Below, piece after piece: positions 10,429-21,459 of a stretch of DNA of 64,000 nt (position 1 is the stretch's first letter; each line of letters opens with the position of its first letter). The stretch spans positions 110,118 through 174,117 of IMG/VR virus record IMGVR_UViG_3300009152_000030; one strand, written 5' to 3'. The notes beneath the pieces are model-generated. The model was not told the origin of the DNA, made no database searches, and worked only from the letters and a program-made list of their open reading frames with translations. The position numbers and the translations under genes were made by a program. This DNA comes from a virus.

Positions 10429-11604
10429 ATGGGAATAAGATCTGAAAACGCTATAAGAAAAGAAATCATTAATGATTCAAAGCGTAGACTTGGTGCTACG
10501 TATTATGGAGCTGGCTCTATGTTAGATGGCCTTGCGACGGATATAAGCAAGCAAATTGCACAGCTAGAAGCCCAACAAGAACAAATCTTAAGAGATATAC
10601 ATTTCAATACAATTGCAGAAGACCAAATTTCAAAGTATGCAGAAGATTTTAATGTCAAGAGAAAGATCGGCAGAAAAGCTAAGTCTGAATCCACTGACTT
10701 TAATGTATTAGTTAGTTCAACAAATGGGTTATCCATTAATAGCAATTTAAGACTAAACAATATTGAAATAGTAGGATTAACACTTACAAGTGGAAATAAG
10801 AAATATTTTATAACAGAAATTGAACCTAATGGATATTCTCAGCTAAGTGCGTATGTTGGTGTCCAGGCCTATGCTTTGGGTGCAGATTTCAATGTATCTA
10901 AAGGTGAGTTAAATAAATTTGAAAAATCTTATCAAGGGCTTACCGTTACAAACACAAGAGCAATCTTGAATGGAGAAGATCTAGAAACAATGGATTCTAT
11001 AAGAAATAGAATCCTTGAGAAAATTGAATCAAATGCAAATACTGAATTTATTTTAAATAGCGCAATTTCAAGACTATCTGGATTAGGTAAAACTACAATA
11101 ATAAGAAACTATGATGGCCCTGGAGCTTTAATGGTTTGTGTCCAACCTTACTCTGGAGTTGTATATCCTGAGTCAACAATCCGAGAGCTACAAACAAAGT
11201 TAGAAATGGAAATAGGTGCTGGAAGAAAAGTTCTGGTTAAAAACTTTGATCCAGTTGGATTTGTTTTTAAAACAACAATTACAGCAAAAGCAGGATTTAC
11301 AGCTACAAATCTTATTGATAGTGTAAAGATTGCAATTAGTGATTACTTCAACGGACTTAGTGGAGGCCAAAGTGTTTCACTTGGTGCTCTTGCTGCACGA
11401 GTATTAAATTCAGTTCCTGGTGTTAAAAGTTTAGGCTCCGGCTCAAACAGTTTTGACTCTGTTGTTTACACAACTTACGAAGGAAGTGCAAAGTTTAAAT
11501 ATATAGCAAGTCCAGGTGAAAGTATTTCTATTTTAGATACTCAAATTGCAACATTAGGTTCACCCGATGGTTCTCCCGCTGTAATCATAGATGTAATCGA
11601 ATAA
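10429..11604 (+). CDS. baseplate J-like (gp6/gp47) wedge protein
   Basis: VQAYALGADFNV...VTNTRAILNGEDLETMDSIRNRI and IS DYFNGLSGGQSV...VPGVKS are typical Baseplate_J motifs. Confidence 0.8.
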   Translation: MGIRSENAIRKEIINDSKRRLGATYYGAGSMLDGLATDISKQIAQLEAQQEQILRDIHFNTIAEDQISKYAEDFNVKRKIGRKAKSESTDFNVLVSSTNGLSINSNLRLNNIEIVGLTLTSGNKKYFITEIEPNGYSQLSAYVGVQAYALGADFNVSKGELNKFEKSYQGLTVTNTRAILNGEDLETMDSIRNRILEKIESNANTEFILNSAISRLSGLGKTTIIRNYDGPGALMVCVQPYSGVVYPESTIRELQTKLEMEIGAGRKVLVKNFDPVGFVFKTTITAKAGFTATNLIDSVKIAISDYFNGLSGGQSVSLGALAARVLNSVPGVKSLGSGSNSFDSVVYTTYEGSAKFKYIASPGESISILDTQIATLGSPDGSPAVIIDVIE

Positions 11605-11605
11605 C

Positions 11606-13288
11606 ATGAGTTTTTATAAAGAACTAAGAAAAAGACCTTACTATTCATTAAGTGCGCAAAAACTTGCCAATTCCTTTCCGGATTGGTCTCTTGCAAGATC
11701 GGATAAGCATAGTAATTTCCAAACAATAATGTCTGACATGTCAGAGCAATTTGATATGTTTTCATTTTTAGTGCATAACAACTATAATAATCAATTCTAT
11801 CCAGAACAAGATGTTACCTTACCAACTTATTACTATAAGTACTCTGATGATGGAAGTGTTTTTTTTACAGTAGGCACGGGAACTTTTAATCTACCACCAA
11901 GTACTGTTGTTGGAAAGATTGGAGCAACAACATATGAGCTAACCCCCTGCTCTTATGGTGATATTCTAGATTTAGGAAATCGCCAATACCTAAGCTTTGA
12001 AGAGTCTATTGATAGAGATGCAAGAGTCTCGGTCTTGGAAGCAAAAAATGCGTATGGCTCTAATCCTTATCTTGGTTTTTTTGATAGTATCAAAAGTAAA
12101 AGCGAGTTCATTCTTTTTATTAAAGAGCCAATCTACTTAGGGTTTGCTTTAATACCAAAAGATGAGACTCTTGAAATTGTAAAAGAAGATTTCTTTGCTA
12201 AAAGAAAAAACTCAGCAGGAAAAAGTGCTTATATTTTTGGTAATGCTATTCTTGCAGAATATCAAACAACTGCTAATATATCACTTATTAACCTATTACC
12301 AAAGTATGAACATTCATTTGAAGGAGTTATTGCTCCGGGAATTTATGTTATGAAATTTGACCTACTACTTGAAAGTCAATTAGACAACTTCTATGTACAA
12401 TTGGTAATAAATAATTCGTTTCCTTCTTCAAGAAAGAAAACATTATATACTAGAAACTATACAATTGAAAATGCAAACAAAACATCTTTTATGTCTATAA
12501 AAGATGATTCACTAGTTGTTGAAAGCATTGACTATGTTCAAGAAACTAGCGATTTTGTACTTGATAGTTATCTACTATTTGATGATAACAATGAAACAGT
12601 ATATCCTTCTTCTTTCTTAAAGAAAGAAGTAATCATGTATGCATTAGAGAATCCGAGTGACTCAGAAGAACCTAGCAAACTTCATATGTATGATTTGTTT
12701 TTACATGGAGCTCATAGTGTATACAATGACAACACTACTTATGCAATGAATGTTGTCTGTGATAAGATCGACTACAAGCCTGGAGATGAAATATATCTTG
12801 AAACTAGACCAGTAGAATTTCTTTACGGAAACAAAGTAAGAACTTTTGTAATGCAAGTTGAAAATATTGAAAGTGGATTGAAATATTATATTGGTGCCGA
12901 TGGCTATAACTTCGCAGAGGAAGATCCTTGGGATCCAGGTCCAGTTAGAACTTTTGATTTAAAGAATCAAGAAGTAAGATGGAAGTATACTCTTCCCGTC
13001 GATCTAGTAGGAACTTTTGTCTTTACTGTTTTTGATGTAAATACAAGACTAACAATTGGTAAAAAAATTATTAATGTTGATTACAAAGTGCCTTATAAGA
13101 GTTTTATTTTAGATGCGAATTACACTGGATACGAATTAGGTTTCAATCCAGACCAAGAACTTGAACTTACAAAAAGTATTAATGAAATAAAATGTTTGTC
13201 CTTTATTAAGGATGGTTGGATTTATGATGCAACAAGTAATGCTATTTATACAAATACAGAGTTTGATGAACTTGTAACGGGGTATTAA
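11606..13288 (+). CDS. virion structural protein (baseplate region)
   Basis: 560-aa ORF coupled to its neighbours within the baseplate cluster. N-terminal LANSFPDW resembles wedge-protein starts. Confidence 0.45.
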   Translation: MSFYKELRKRPYYSLSAQKLANSFPDWSLARSDKHSNFQTIMSDMSEQFDMFSFLVHNNYNNQFYPEQDVTLPTYYYKYSDDGSVFFTVGTGTFNLPPSTVVGKIGATTYELTPCSYGDILDLGNRQYLSFEESIDRDARVSVLEAKNAYGSNPYLGFFDSIKSKSEFILFIKEPIYLGFALIPKDETLEIVKEDFFAKRKNSAGKSAYIFGNAILAEYQTTANISLINLLPKYEHSFEGVIAPGIYVMKFDLLLESQLDNFYVQLVINNSFPSSRKKTLYTRNYTIENANKTSFMSIKDDSLVVESIDYVQETSDFVLDSYLLFDDNNETVYPSSFLKKEVIMYALENPSDSEEPSKLHMYDLFLHGAHSVYNDNTTYAMNVVCDKIDYKPGDEIYLETRPVEFLYGNKVRTFVMQVENIESGLKYYIGADGYNFAEEDPWDPGPVRTFDLKNQEVRWKYTLPVDLVGTFVFTVFDVNTRLTIGKKIINVDYKVPYKSFILDANYTGYELGFNPDQELELTKSINEIKCLSFIKDGWIYDATSNAIYTNTEFDELVTGY

Positions 13289-14190
13289 TGTCTACTTTTC
13301 GGAAAATTGATTCGCCAAAGTCTAGCATAGACATAGATAATGCTGCTTTTAAGTTTGGACTTGTTAGAGGAGACAAAGAGTCCATTAAGGATTTTAAAAG
13401 ACGTGTTCTGTCTTTGTTCACACATAGCTCATCATTGACTGACCAAGGTATCTCTGCAACGCTTGCAAGGGCTTTTAACACTAGGCCATACCTTGCTGGC
13501 TATATCGACACCCAACCAAACGCAATGGTACCGCCAACACGGATTAATTTTGATGGATATACCCTAATGGTGGAGAGTGGCGCAGGAAGTAGAGTTTCTC
13601 CTGGTGGAATTCTCTATACAAAAATTGGTGCGGAAACATTAGTATCTGACTGTGTGACTCTTCTTGCAGAAGATAATGTTGCTATATATAACATTATAGA
13701 TCCAAGATTTAATAATAAAAAACTATTATCAATCTTGCCGTTTAAAAACTATGAAGATGATCTCTCGGCAGACGTAAGACCAGGAGTTAATAGATTACCT
13801 CATAGGAATATAGTTCCAGATTCTTTTATCTCCGATAGCATTATTATTAGAACTAGAAAATCAAGCCCAAGAGAAGTTGCGTCTTCTGGAGACTATTATT
13901 ACGATGGAGTAGATAAATTAATTATTTATGATTCTAGTAGATTTGGAGATATTAAAGTATCATATTCAGTAGTGCATAGATATATACCAATTTACTATTG
14001 TCCAGTAAAAGTAGTAAGTGCATACAAAATATTACAAACCATGGCTTCAAATGTTGAAACTGCCTCTTCAGTCGTACCTGTCTCAGACAGTGATATAGAT
14101 ATTCTTTGGGATATCTTCATTACAAGTAAGGTCTGGAAAAGCAATCAAACAAGCCCCATATCTGCAAACGGAACATTCTATGGCTCTTAA
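13288..14190 (+). CDS. baseplate wedge protein (gpI/gp48-like N-terminus)
   Basis: IDNAAFKFGLVRGDKESIKDFKRRVL...GISATLARAF matches the LD..G...GL.R...ES...YR.RI motif of P2 gpI-like proteins. Confidence 0.55.
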   Translation: MSTFRKIDSPKSSIDIDNAAFKFGLVRGDKESIKDFKRRVLSLFTHSSSLTDQGISATLARAFNTRPYLAGYIDTQPNAMVPPTRINFDGYTLMVESGAGSRVSPGGILYTKIGAETLVSDCVTLLAEDNVAIYNIIDPRFNNKKLLSILPFKNYEDDLSADVRPGVNRLPHRNIVPDSFISDSIIIRTRKSSPREVASSGDYYYDGVDKLIIYDSSRFGDIKVSYSVVHRYIPIYYCPVKVVSAYKILQTMASNVETASSVVPVSDSDIDILWDIFITSKVWKSNQTSPISANGTFYGS

Positions 14191-17125
14191 AAATATAGAA
14201 AATAGCATACAAGAAATTAATTTCCCAATTAATATCTATAGCTATATTGGAGACGTAGACGAAATAAAAAAAGAATATCCAAAAGATTCAGGACTAAATT
14301 ACAATAGTACTTTTGGCCAAGGTAATTTTTTCAATGAAGTTGTAGGAAATAAATTTTTTCCTGTTTATATGCCAACCAATGAAATACCGAGATCTTCTTA
14401 TCGGAGTGGTGTTGAGAACTTTAATGATTTGACTTCATCTCTTAAGGATGGAGTTTTTTACGTTAAGCCAGGAGAGTACAGTATTCAAGGTACAGTTATG
14501 TACTTAAACTACTTAAACTATCAAAACCTAGCAACTAGTACATTGGCCCAACAGGTATTAACTCTACCAACCTATAACACTAAGCCTAGTTTAAATTTCT
14601 TTAAAGCAGCAGTGTATAAAAATGAATCTTTCTGGATGTCTCCCAGTGAACATAATATTGCCGGTGAATATAGCCCACAAAACTATATAGGTTATAGTTT
14701 TACAAATGATCAAAATCTTTTGGTCAATAATTATGTCTATAGAGGATCAGAAATTAAATTGCCTGTTGTCAGTAAAAGATTTTATGAAGCAGACTTTGAT
14801 ATATCAAGTGAAAGTTTAGAACTGCATGCAGAACTTCTTGGTGTTATTCAAGCTAAAAATGTGAAAACTACCCAATACTTTAACTCTGTATACTCACCTA
14901 TGACAGAAATAACTAGTAGTCCAGGAGTTCTTACTGATAGTAAAACACATATTGCTGTAGACACAGATGGCACTGTAGATTTCTACACTTTAAAGAACTC
15001 ATATATGGAAGCTGAGCTATATGGACTTGAGCAAATTTTAAAGAAAATTGCAGATGATCCAGGTGGGCCTGGAATAAGCGAGTATGATGGGGAAAAAGTA
15101 TGTTATGTAAATAGATATAAAGGTGAAGTCTTTTTTAGTAAACGGACATTACTGGGAAATATTAGTTCCTTATCTTTGCCTAATTTTGGTGGAACTGGTG
15201 TAGCTATTCCAAGTCAGTATTTAACAGGTGGGGAATTAGATCCTAGTGAAAATCCTTATTTTGTAATTACCTTTGATGAGCCTTCAATAGCTGCTATGTT
15301 TGATGATTGTGGTCTTGTTCGTATAACCGGAGTAGACAGCGGCTATATACCTAAGGAAAACGTTTTAATCTTTAATAAGATTGGCAGCAAGACCGTACAG
15401 TTCAGATGGCCAGACTTTGAAGAGTACTTAGGAGATCCTTTATATACAAAAGAAACATTTGGAAATAAGATTTTTATAAATCCTTATACTGCAATGCTTA
15501 CTCCAGACGTAGACTCCAAAGTATATGCGCTTTATGATGCAGTAATTGAGTTTCAAAAAGAAGTTCCAATTGCCAAAAGAGAATTTTTATTCTCAGAAAT
15601 AAAGCCTTGGCTTTGGAAGAAGCAGAGAACAATTGCTGTTCTCTCAAAAAGTGAAAAGGTTTACCCTTATTACATTTCTTTAAAACCAATAGATACACCT
15701 TATCTTTATACAAAAAATGGAATCAGTGTATATGGACCATTGTACAATGGAGCAGAGATAGTTTTACTAGAAGGGCAAGTTACATCTTATGATGGTCAAC
15801 CTGTTATTGAGTGCGATGTAACTGTAAATGTTTTAACAGGAGAAGGTAACCTTGATGGTGAAACATCAATTGTTGTAACAACAGATGACGAAGGTAAGTT
15901 TTATACTTCTTATGATCCTAAATCTTCACGAGCTGCTTGGTTAAACTTCAAAGATGGCGATATTATAAGAGGCGCAACTTCTACAACTTTACATGCTAAT
16001 AGCGACTATAATGATTCTAAGTTATTTGAATACATTAACAGTGGTGATCAAGAAGTTATTATATATACAATATTAAAAGATGACGGTAGTCTTGGTACAT
16101 TAGGTAATAGGTTAATACTTGGAAGTAAAGACTATTTACTATCTGGTATGTCTCCAAGAGAAGAATATAAGAAAATGCTAACCGGGCCCTTTGGATACCG
16201 ATTTGAAGGAAGAGGATTACATGGATTTTATATTTTTGATTTTCTGAGTGAAGAAGATGTTGCTAAGTATGTTGGTGGAAAAGTTAAACTATCTTATCTC
16301 TCATACTCAGGCTCTGATACTGAGGCAGATTTTATAATTAAAGATATACAAAGTTATCCTGAAGTTTGGCGTACTGCAGATCCACTTGTTTACCAATACC
16401 CTAAAGATATTATTGATTACCGATTTAATACTTATCTAGTTTTTATTGAAGAGATAGATACTAATGGAGTAGTAAACGCAGCGGATATAAATACTATAGG
16501 AGTAGCGTCTTTCTTCACGTCTTCAGACGTACAATATGACAACGCTAAACTGAATGGAAGAAGAGTTGTTATTGCAGAAGCAAAAACCCATCGAGAGGAT
16601 TGGTTACATCCAAGTATAGATGACTATTTAATTGATAAACAAATATTTGGCCCTGTTTTTACTAGCACTTATAACTCGTACAATAGGAGTTTTACAGTAA
16701 ACTCTGTGCTACCTTTATCAGATTCAAGTGATCCAAGTAAAATAATTGCAGGATTTTCTTTATTCCCAGAAAAGTTTGCAACTTTACAAGCAACAACTCT
16801 GGGCAAATATAACATCCCAATTTACTCTAATAAAGCTCAGTTCTATATAACTTTAAATGATAGAGATAGAGGTGTTGTAAAAACACTATTAAATAAATAT
16901 GTCCCTTATGGCTTTAGAATAAGAGATGATGTGAACTACGTAGGAAGTTCGACTATAGATATGGAAACATTTCTTACAATTAATGTAACTTCAGGAAATT
17001 CCTTTTCAAGTCATAAATTTCCTTTAATTTCCTACCTAGATGGCAATGGTATTATTTATTCAGGCACAGCATACAAAACAGATTCTTCGTCTTTGGGCTT
17101 GACTTTAAAATCAACTGAAGATTAA
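14180..17125 (+). CDS. large virion structural protein with Ig-like domain
   Basis: 981 aa. LEGQVTSYDGQPVIECDVTVNV..GEGNL...VVTTDDEGKFYTSY is a Big_1/invasin-like Ig strand pattern. Confidence 0.5.
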   Translation: MALKNIENSIQEINFPINIYSYIGDVDEIKKEYPKDSGLNYNSTFGQGNFFNEVVGNKFFPVYMPTNEIPRSSYRSGVENFNDLTSSLKDGVFYVKPGEYSIQGTVMYLNYLNYQNLATSTLAQQVLTLPTYNTKPSLNFFKAAVYKNESFWMSPSEHNIAGEYSPQNYIGYSFTNDQNLLVNNYVYRGSEIKLPVVSKRFYEADFDISSESLELHAELLGVIQAKNVKTTQYFNSVYSPMTEITSSPGVLTDSKTHIAVDTDGTVDFYTLKNSYMEAELYGLEQILKKIADDPGGPGISEYDGEKVCYVNRYKGEVFFSKRTLLGNISSLSLPNFGGTGVAIPSQYLTGGELDPSENPYFVITFDEPSIAAMFDDCGLVRITGVDSGYIPKENVLIFNKIGSKTVQFRWPDFEEYLGDPLYTKETFGNKIFINPYTAMLTPDVDSKVYALYDAVIEFQKEVPIAKREFLFSEIKPWLWKKQRTIAVLSKSEKVYPYYISLKPIDTPYLYTKNGISVYGPLYNGAEIVLLEGQVTSYDGQPVIECDVTVNVLTGEGNLDGETSIVVTTDDEGKFYTSYDPKSSRAAWLNFKDGDIIRGATSTTLHANSDYNDSKLFEYINSGDQEVIIYTILKDDGSLGTLGNRLILGSKDYLLSGMSPREEYKKMLTGPFGYRFEGRGLHGFYIFDFLSEEDVAKYVGGKVKLSYLSYSGSDTEADFIIKDIQSYPEVWRTADPLVYQYPKDIIDYRFNTYLVFIEEIDTNGVVNAADINTIGVASFFTSSDVQYDNAKLNGRRVVIAEAKTHREDWLHPSIDDYLIDKQIFGPVFTSTYNSYNRSFTVNSVLPLSDSSDPSKIIAGFSLFPEKFATLQATTLGKYNIPIYSNKAQFYITLNDRDRGVVKTLLNKYVPYGFRIRDDVNYVGSSTIDMETFLTINVTSGNSFSSHKFPLISYLDGNGIIYSGTAYKTDSSSLGLTLKSTED

Positions 17126-17141
17126 ATATAAGGAATTATAA

Positions 17142-20100
17142 ATGAGTGATTTTCTTAAGACTCCGGCTACCAATGTAGTGTCAACTATCTGGACGGCAGG
17201 AGAGCAGCCAACAGCAAGGAAGTTCAATGTTACGTTTAATAGCTATTATCAAGCTTTAAATACTGTATGTAAAATCCTAGGACCCCTGGACAATGATAAT
17301 CCTTCATTTAATAGTCGAGGAACCATAGTCTCTTCTTATACATATGGAAAAATGAATGATGAGGAGCGAGAGATCCTGTATGAAGATGCCGAAAAAGCTA
17401 TAGTAAATAGCTTTAATCTTGCAAGAATTATTGGACCTCATGCTTCTTTAAATCCTATTTATCTTCCAGGGTCAGTGCATACAAAAGTAGAGCAGGCAAC
17501 TGGATGGCTCTTGAACTCTACCAAGAAAGTTCAGCAATTACCTTTCCCACCTTATACAGCAGGAACTCCATATACACAGGCCGGTGCCAATTGGACTTGT
17601 AGTTATGACGTAGAGATATGGAGTGGTGGAGCACTATCCTCTGCTTGGAAACCAGTTCCAACACCAAGTATGGCCGTAACAACTAAGACTAATAAGGTTT
17701 GGCATTTAAGTGTTGATGGAACACTTTACTCCAATCAAGCTTTTACTTCTGGAGATTACATCAAGTATACTTTACGTGTCCCTAATACATTTGGAGTGCT
17801 AGATTCAGGTTACAATTGCATTCCTGACTTGTCTATTTTTTCTCTAACCGATTATGCGCGTGGGATTTTATACGACGAATTGGAATACAAAGGAGCGCTA
17901 ATTGTAAGCTATATTAGTTCAGATGGCTCTTACTCAAAATGGCAAGTTATATTGCCAAAAATCATATCAGCAAAAGATAGTCTTGTTAACTTAGATGGAA
18001 GAGGATTTTCTGCCACTGGAAGTAGTGATACCTTTGAGCCATTTGGAAAATATATTCCAGCAAATCCGTCTGTTGGAATCCCAACATCAGGTAAACGTTA
18101 TACATTGCCTTACCATTATATATCAGTCAATGGAACTAATTTAACTGAAAATGTTCTTAGTCTATACGACTCTGCGAGAGGAAAAAGTTATAGTCTTAAT
18201 TTAAAGTGGGAAAGAACTAGTAATGAATGTGTCTTATATTTTTATGGACCTCTGTCATTAAAAGATCAGTTTGTCGCAAATGATGGCACAACGTTATTGT
18301 CTAGTGGCACTTCACTTACAAATAGTAAAGATTTTGTTTTATTTTGTCTTGGTACAAATATTTCAGACACACTTGCTCAAACTACATTAAACTATGCAAG
18401 ACATAGACATGATGGTTTAGACTCTTATCGTATTAGCCACAGAAATCTTCTTGATCAAGAAAATAATATGCAAGGATTCCCTGATGATCAAGATGGAAGT
18501 AATGGTGGTCTAGATTTTATTAACTATAATAGGCAACTTAGTTTTAGTATGGTAAGAGATAATCCGCATACGCAGTATTTGAATAGGCTTGGTTATAGAT
18601 TTGGTGGAAGTCAAGGCTTCTATAGTAACTTTTCAAGTAGCCTGGCTGTTGATCTGAATGCAATGCATGGTGACCTACTTTTCTATCCTATTTACAATTC
18701 CAATCCTTCATATCAGTATTCAAGCGAAATAAACTATAATGCTAATTTTGCTATAGGTGATACCGTAGAGGAAATAACTTGGGATTTAACCAATCTTAGC
18801 TCAACAAAAACAGACGACTTTGTGGCCAGAAGAAGTCATGCAATGATATTTGGTTTCCCCGCACAATCTTCAAATAAAAAGTATTTGCTAGGAGCAACTA
18901 AGCTTTATTATGAGCCATACAATTTTATAAACTCTAGTAGCTGGGACAATACTGGGGAAAAATGGAATCTCTGGAGACATGGTTTTATTCCTGGTAATAC
19001 TACTGGCAACGGTACTTATGGTAGAGGTTTAAACATTGGATGGGGTAATCTATTTTTTGGACATAGAGAAGATATACTGAATGGTAGATTTACTCAAACT
19101 GAAACTAAAACAGAAGCAAGTGCTTTTTGGAGAACAAGTGAATTTAATGTAGTTACTACTGGTAATAATCAGGCTGGAAATAATACTAATAGTGAAATTA
19201 AAAATGGTTATGCCTATAGAGATGGATTCAATGTAAGAGCAGTAAAAGGTTCTAGTATTTGGTTATCCGCTGGAGATTCTTTTGCTGCTGGCTTGGGGCC
19301 AGCTGGTGGTAAAAATGTAGATTCTAATCCGGGAACAATTGCAATTGAGGCTAACTATCCTGCATATGAAGGCAGTGTTGTTACAGGAGGCGCTCGCAGT
19401 CTTTTAACATTGAATGAGTATAAAGAGCAAGGATCCTCTGGAGTCGGTATTTTTGCAAGCCCAGGGCCAAAAACAACTGTTGTTACAGGCGGCTCTATTG
19501 AAAATCGCATACCATGGGCTACAAAGATTCCAAGTAACTATACATTTGCTCAGCTATGGGATAAAAATTCTTTCATTACCTTACCAAGCACGGCGGTGGA
19601 TGAATTATGGGGTCGTGGACCGCTTTTAGATATATTTAGTCTTGCTCTAGATGTAAATAAAAAAAGTATTGATCCGGCTGGAGATTACTTCAATACTTTA
19701 AGTTCTGCAACTAATATTCCTGTTGGGAAAGATAGCAATCTTGGAAGTTGGCCGTTTGGAAGACCTCTAGTTAGAGGTACATATGGTATTGATTTTTGCC
19801 TAAGTGGACAATTAGATAACTTATCTACAGATTTCAAAACTGGAAATACGCTGTATGGGACATATGAACATGAAGATACTGTTCCAAGTGAATGGGGACC
19901 ATATAAGGCAGTTCTTAAAACTTCAAGTAATCTCAATGAATTTGTACATAGAGAGTTTAGATTTTGGGGTAAAAATAGTAAAGAACTACCTAGTTCAGAT
20001 TATGGAGATCTTGCTAATACACAAGGCGGTAATATTAACTTGCTTTATGGGTTAAATCAGCCCTACAAAAGATTTGGAAAATCTATCACAGATCTTACTA

Positions 20101-21458
20101 GCCAGCTTAGTGGTGGAGACGCAACCACATACAGCCCATGGCTAAATGCAAGAGCAATTTCTTTAGGCTCTTCCAATGCTATGAATTATGGATCAGCTAT
20201 AAGAAATGCATCATACGTAGATGCTTTCCAGGGTATACGTCACGATCCTTTGCAGTCTTATGTTGCGGAATATGTTTATCCTTTTAGAGCTGTAATAGAC
20301 ACAGGTTATTTTGTTAATCATTTTGTTTCGGCTATTGATGCTGCTACTGGCAATTTAACATATGTGGCAAATGGTGGGCCTAGTGAGGATGCAATCAATT
20401 CCGACATTACACAAATTATATGTCAGAGGAATATTGTTATTAAAGAATCTACTAATGCGGATAATCCTCTGCCTGATAATTACTATAGCAATAGTTTGGT
20501 TTTTGCATATATTGAAGATAATGCATTGCCATCAATAGATGCTTTAATAAGAGGAAGTGAAGAAATTTTTCTTCAGAATAGCTCAAGTTCTTATAGCAAT
20601 CTTTTTCCTAGATGCCTTGTTGATTTTAAAGTTAATTTAGATTACTTTATCGGTAAAAAAGTTGCCAACTATGAGACTACTTGGACATTGACTGAAAGTA
20701 ATGATCCTCAAAAAAACTCTCCGCATGAAGGGTTAATGGGTTTAGCTCCAGAGCATGAAAACGAAAGATCTTATGGAAGAGTTCTTGTCGGGTATAACGT
20801 TATGGTTCCTGCATCTGGTTTTGGTGTAAATGGTGTCACAGCACCTCTCGAATCTTATTCGGGCCAAGATAACTATACTGGAGTTGGTCTAAACCAGCAA
20901 GGCGTTAACAGATTGAATGTTGTTATGTCAAATAGACAGCCTCAACCTTTTATGGGCTATCTAGGGACCTCGACTGCCAACGCAAATTTACGGGTAAGGA
21001 ATAATCCCAATACTATTATTGGTTATCAGGATTTTCTTGGAAGAATACATGCCACCAATATGCCAGCATTGAATGCAAAATATCCATTATTCTCATCAGT
21101 ATATGATAACAAGTACCATACAAAAAAGAAATTCGCTTACGAAATAGATAATACAAAAGGCATCATTGACCAGTTATTTGTTCCAGTAGTTAATATTCCT
21201 GATTTTTATTTTGCAAGATACAGGGACGGAGGAGCCTGGAAACATAATTATAACTACTCTGTTCCTTATAGAGTGTATATAGCTGATCCTTCTACATTAA
21301 AGCCAGTATACAGAACTGGAACTGGAGCTTTTAAATATGCAGATGATATTGGTACGCCCAACCAAAGTTATTCTTTAATGAAAGTAATGGTTGAATTAAG
21401 AGGAAAAATAATAATTAAAGTAGTAACTGCTCCTATGACAAACCCAATTGTAGATTAA
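17142..21458 (+). CDS. large tail-fibre/baseplate-associated protein
   Basis: AAGGA RBS. N-terminal WTAGEQPTARKFN. RHRHDG and DNPHTQYL are His-containing trimerisation motifs common in fibres. Confidence 0.55.
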   Translation: MSDFLKTPATNVVSTIWTAGEQPTARKFNVTFNSYYQALNTVCKILGPLDNDNPSFNSRGTIVSSYTYGKMNDEEREILYEDAEKAIVNSFNLARIIGPHASLNPIYLPGSVHTKVEQATGWLLNSTKKVQQLPFPPYTAGTPYTQAGANWTCSYDVEIWSGGALSSAWKPVPTPSMAVTTKTNKVWHLSVDGTLYSNQAFTSGDYIKYTLRVPNTFGVLDSGYNCIPDLSIFSLTDYARGILYDELEYKGALIVSYISSDGSYSKWQVILPKIISAKDSLVNLDGRGFSATGSSDTFEPFGKYIPANPSVGIPTSGKRYTLPYHYISVNGTNLTENVLSLYDSARGKSYSLNLKWERTSNECVLYFYGPLSLKDQFVANDGTTLLSSGTSLTNSKDFVLFCLGTNISDTLAQTTLNYARHRHDGLDSYRISHRNLLDQENNMQGFPDDQDGSNGGLDFINYNRQLSFSMVRDNPHTQYLNRLGYRFGGSQGFYSNFSSSLAVDLNAMHGDLLFYPIYNSNPSYQYSSEINYNANFAIGDTVEEITWDLTNLSSTKTDDFVARRSHAMIFGFPAQSSNKKYLLGATKLYYEPYNFINSSSWDNTGEKWNLWRHGFIPGNTTGNGTYGRGLNIGWGNLFFGHREDILNGRFTQTETKTEASAFWRTSEFNVVTTGNNQAGNNTNSEIKNGYAYRDGFNVRAVKGSSIWLSAGDSFAAGLGPAGGKNVDSNPGTIAIEANYPAYEGSVVTGGARSLLTLNEYKEQGSSGVGIFASPGPKTTVVTGGSIENRIPWATKIPSNYTFAQLWDKNSFITLPSTAVDELWGRGPLLDIFSLALDVNKKSIDPAGDYFNTLSSATNIPVGKDSNLGSWPFGRPLVRGTYGIDFCLSGQLDNLSTDFKTGNTLYGTYEHEDTVPSEWGPYKAVLKTSSNLNEFVHREFRFWGKNSKELPSSDYGDLANTQGGNINLLYGLNQPYKRFGKSITDLTSQLSGGDATTYSPWLNARAISLGSSNAMNYGSAIRNASYVDAFQGIRHDPLQSYVAEYVYPFRAVIDTGYFVNHFVSAIDAATGNLTYVANGGPSEDAINSDITQIICQRNIVIKESTNADNPLPDNYYSNSLVFAYIEDNALPSIDALIRGSEEIFLQNSSSSYSNLFPRCLVDFKVNLDYFIGKKVANYETTWTLTESNDPQKNSPHEGLMGLAPEHENERSYGRVLVGYNVMVPASGFGVNGVTAPLESYSGQDNYTGVGLNQQGVNRLNVVMSNRQPQPFMGYLGTSTANANLRVRNNPNTIIGYQDFLGRIHATNMPALNAKYPLFSSVYDNKYHTKKKFAYEIDNTKGIIDQLFVPVVNIPDFYFARYRDGGAWKHNYNYSVPYRVYIADPSTLKPVYRTGTGAFKYADDIGTPNQSYSLMKVMVELRGKIIIKVVTAPMTNPIVD

Positions 21459-21459
21459 C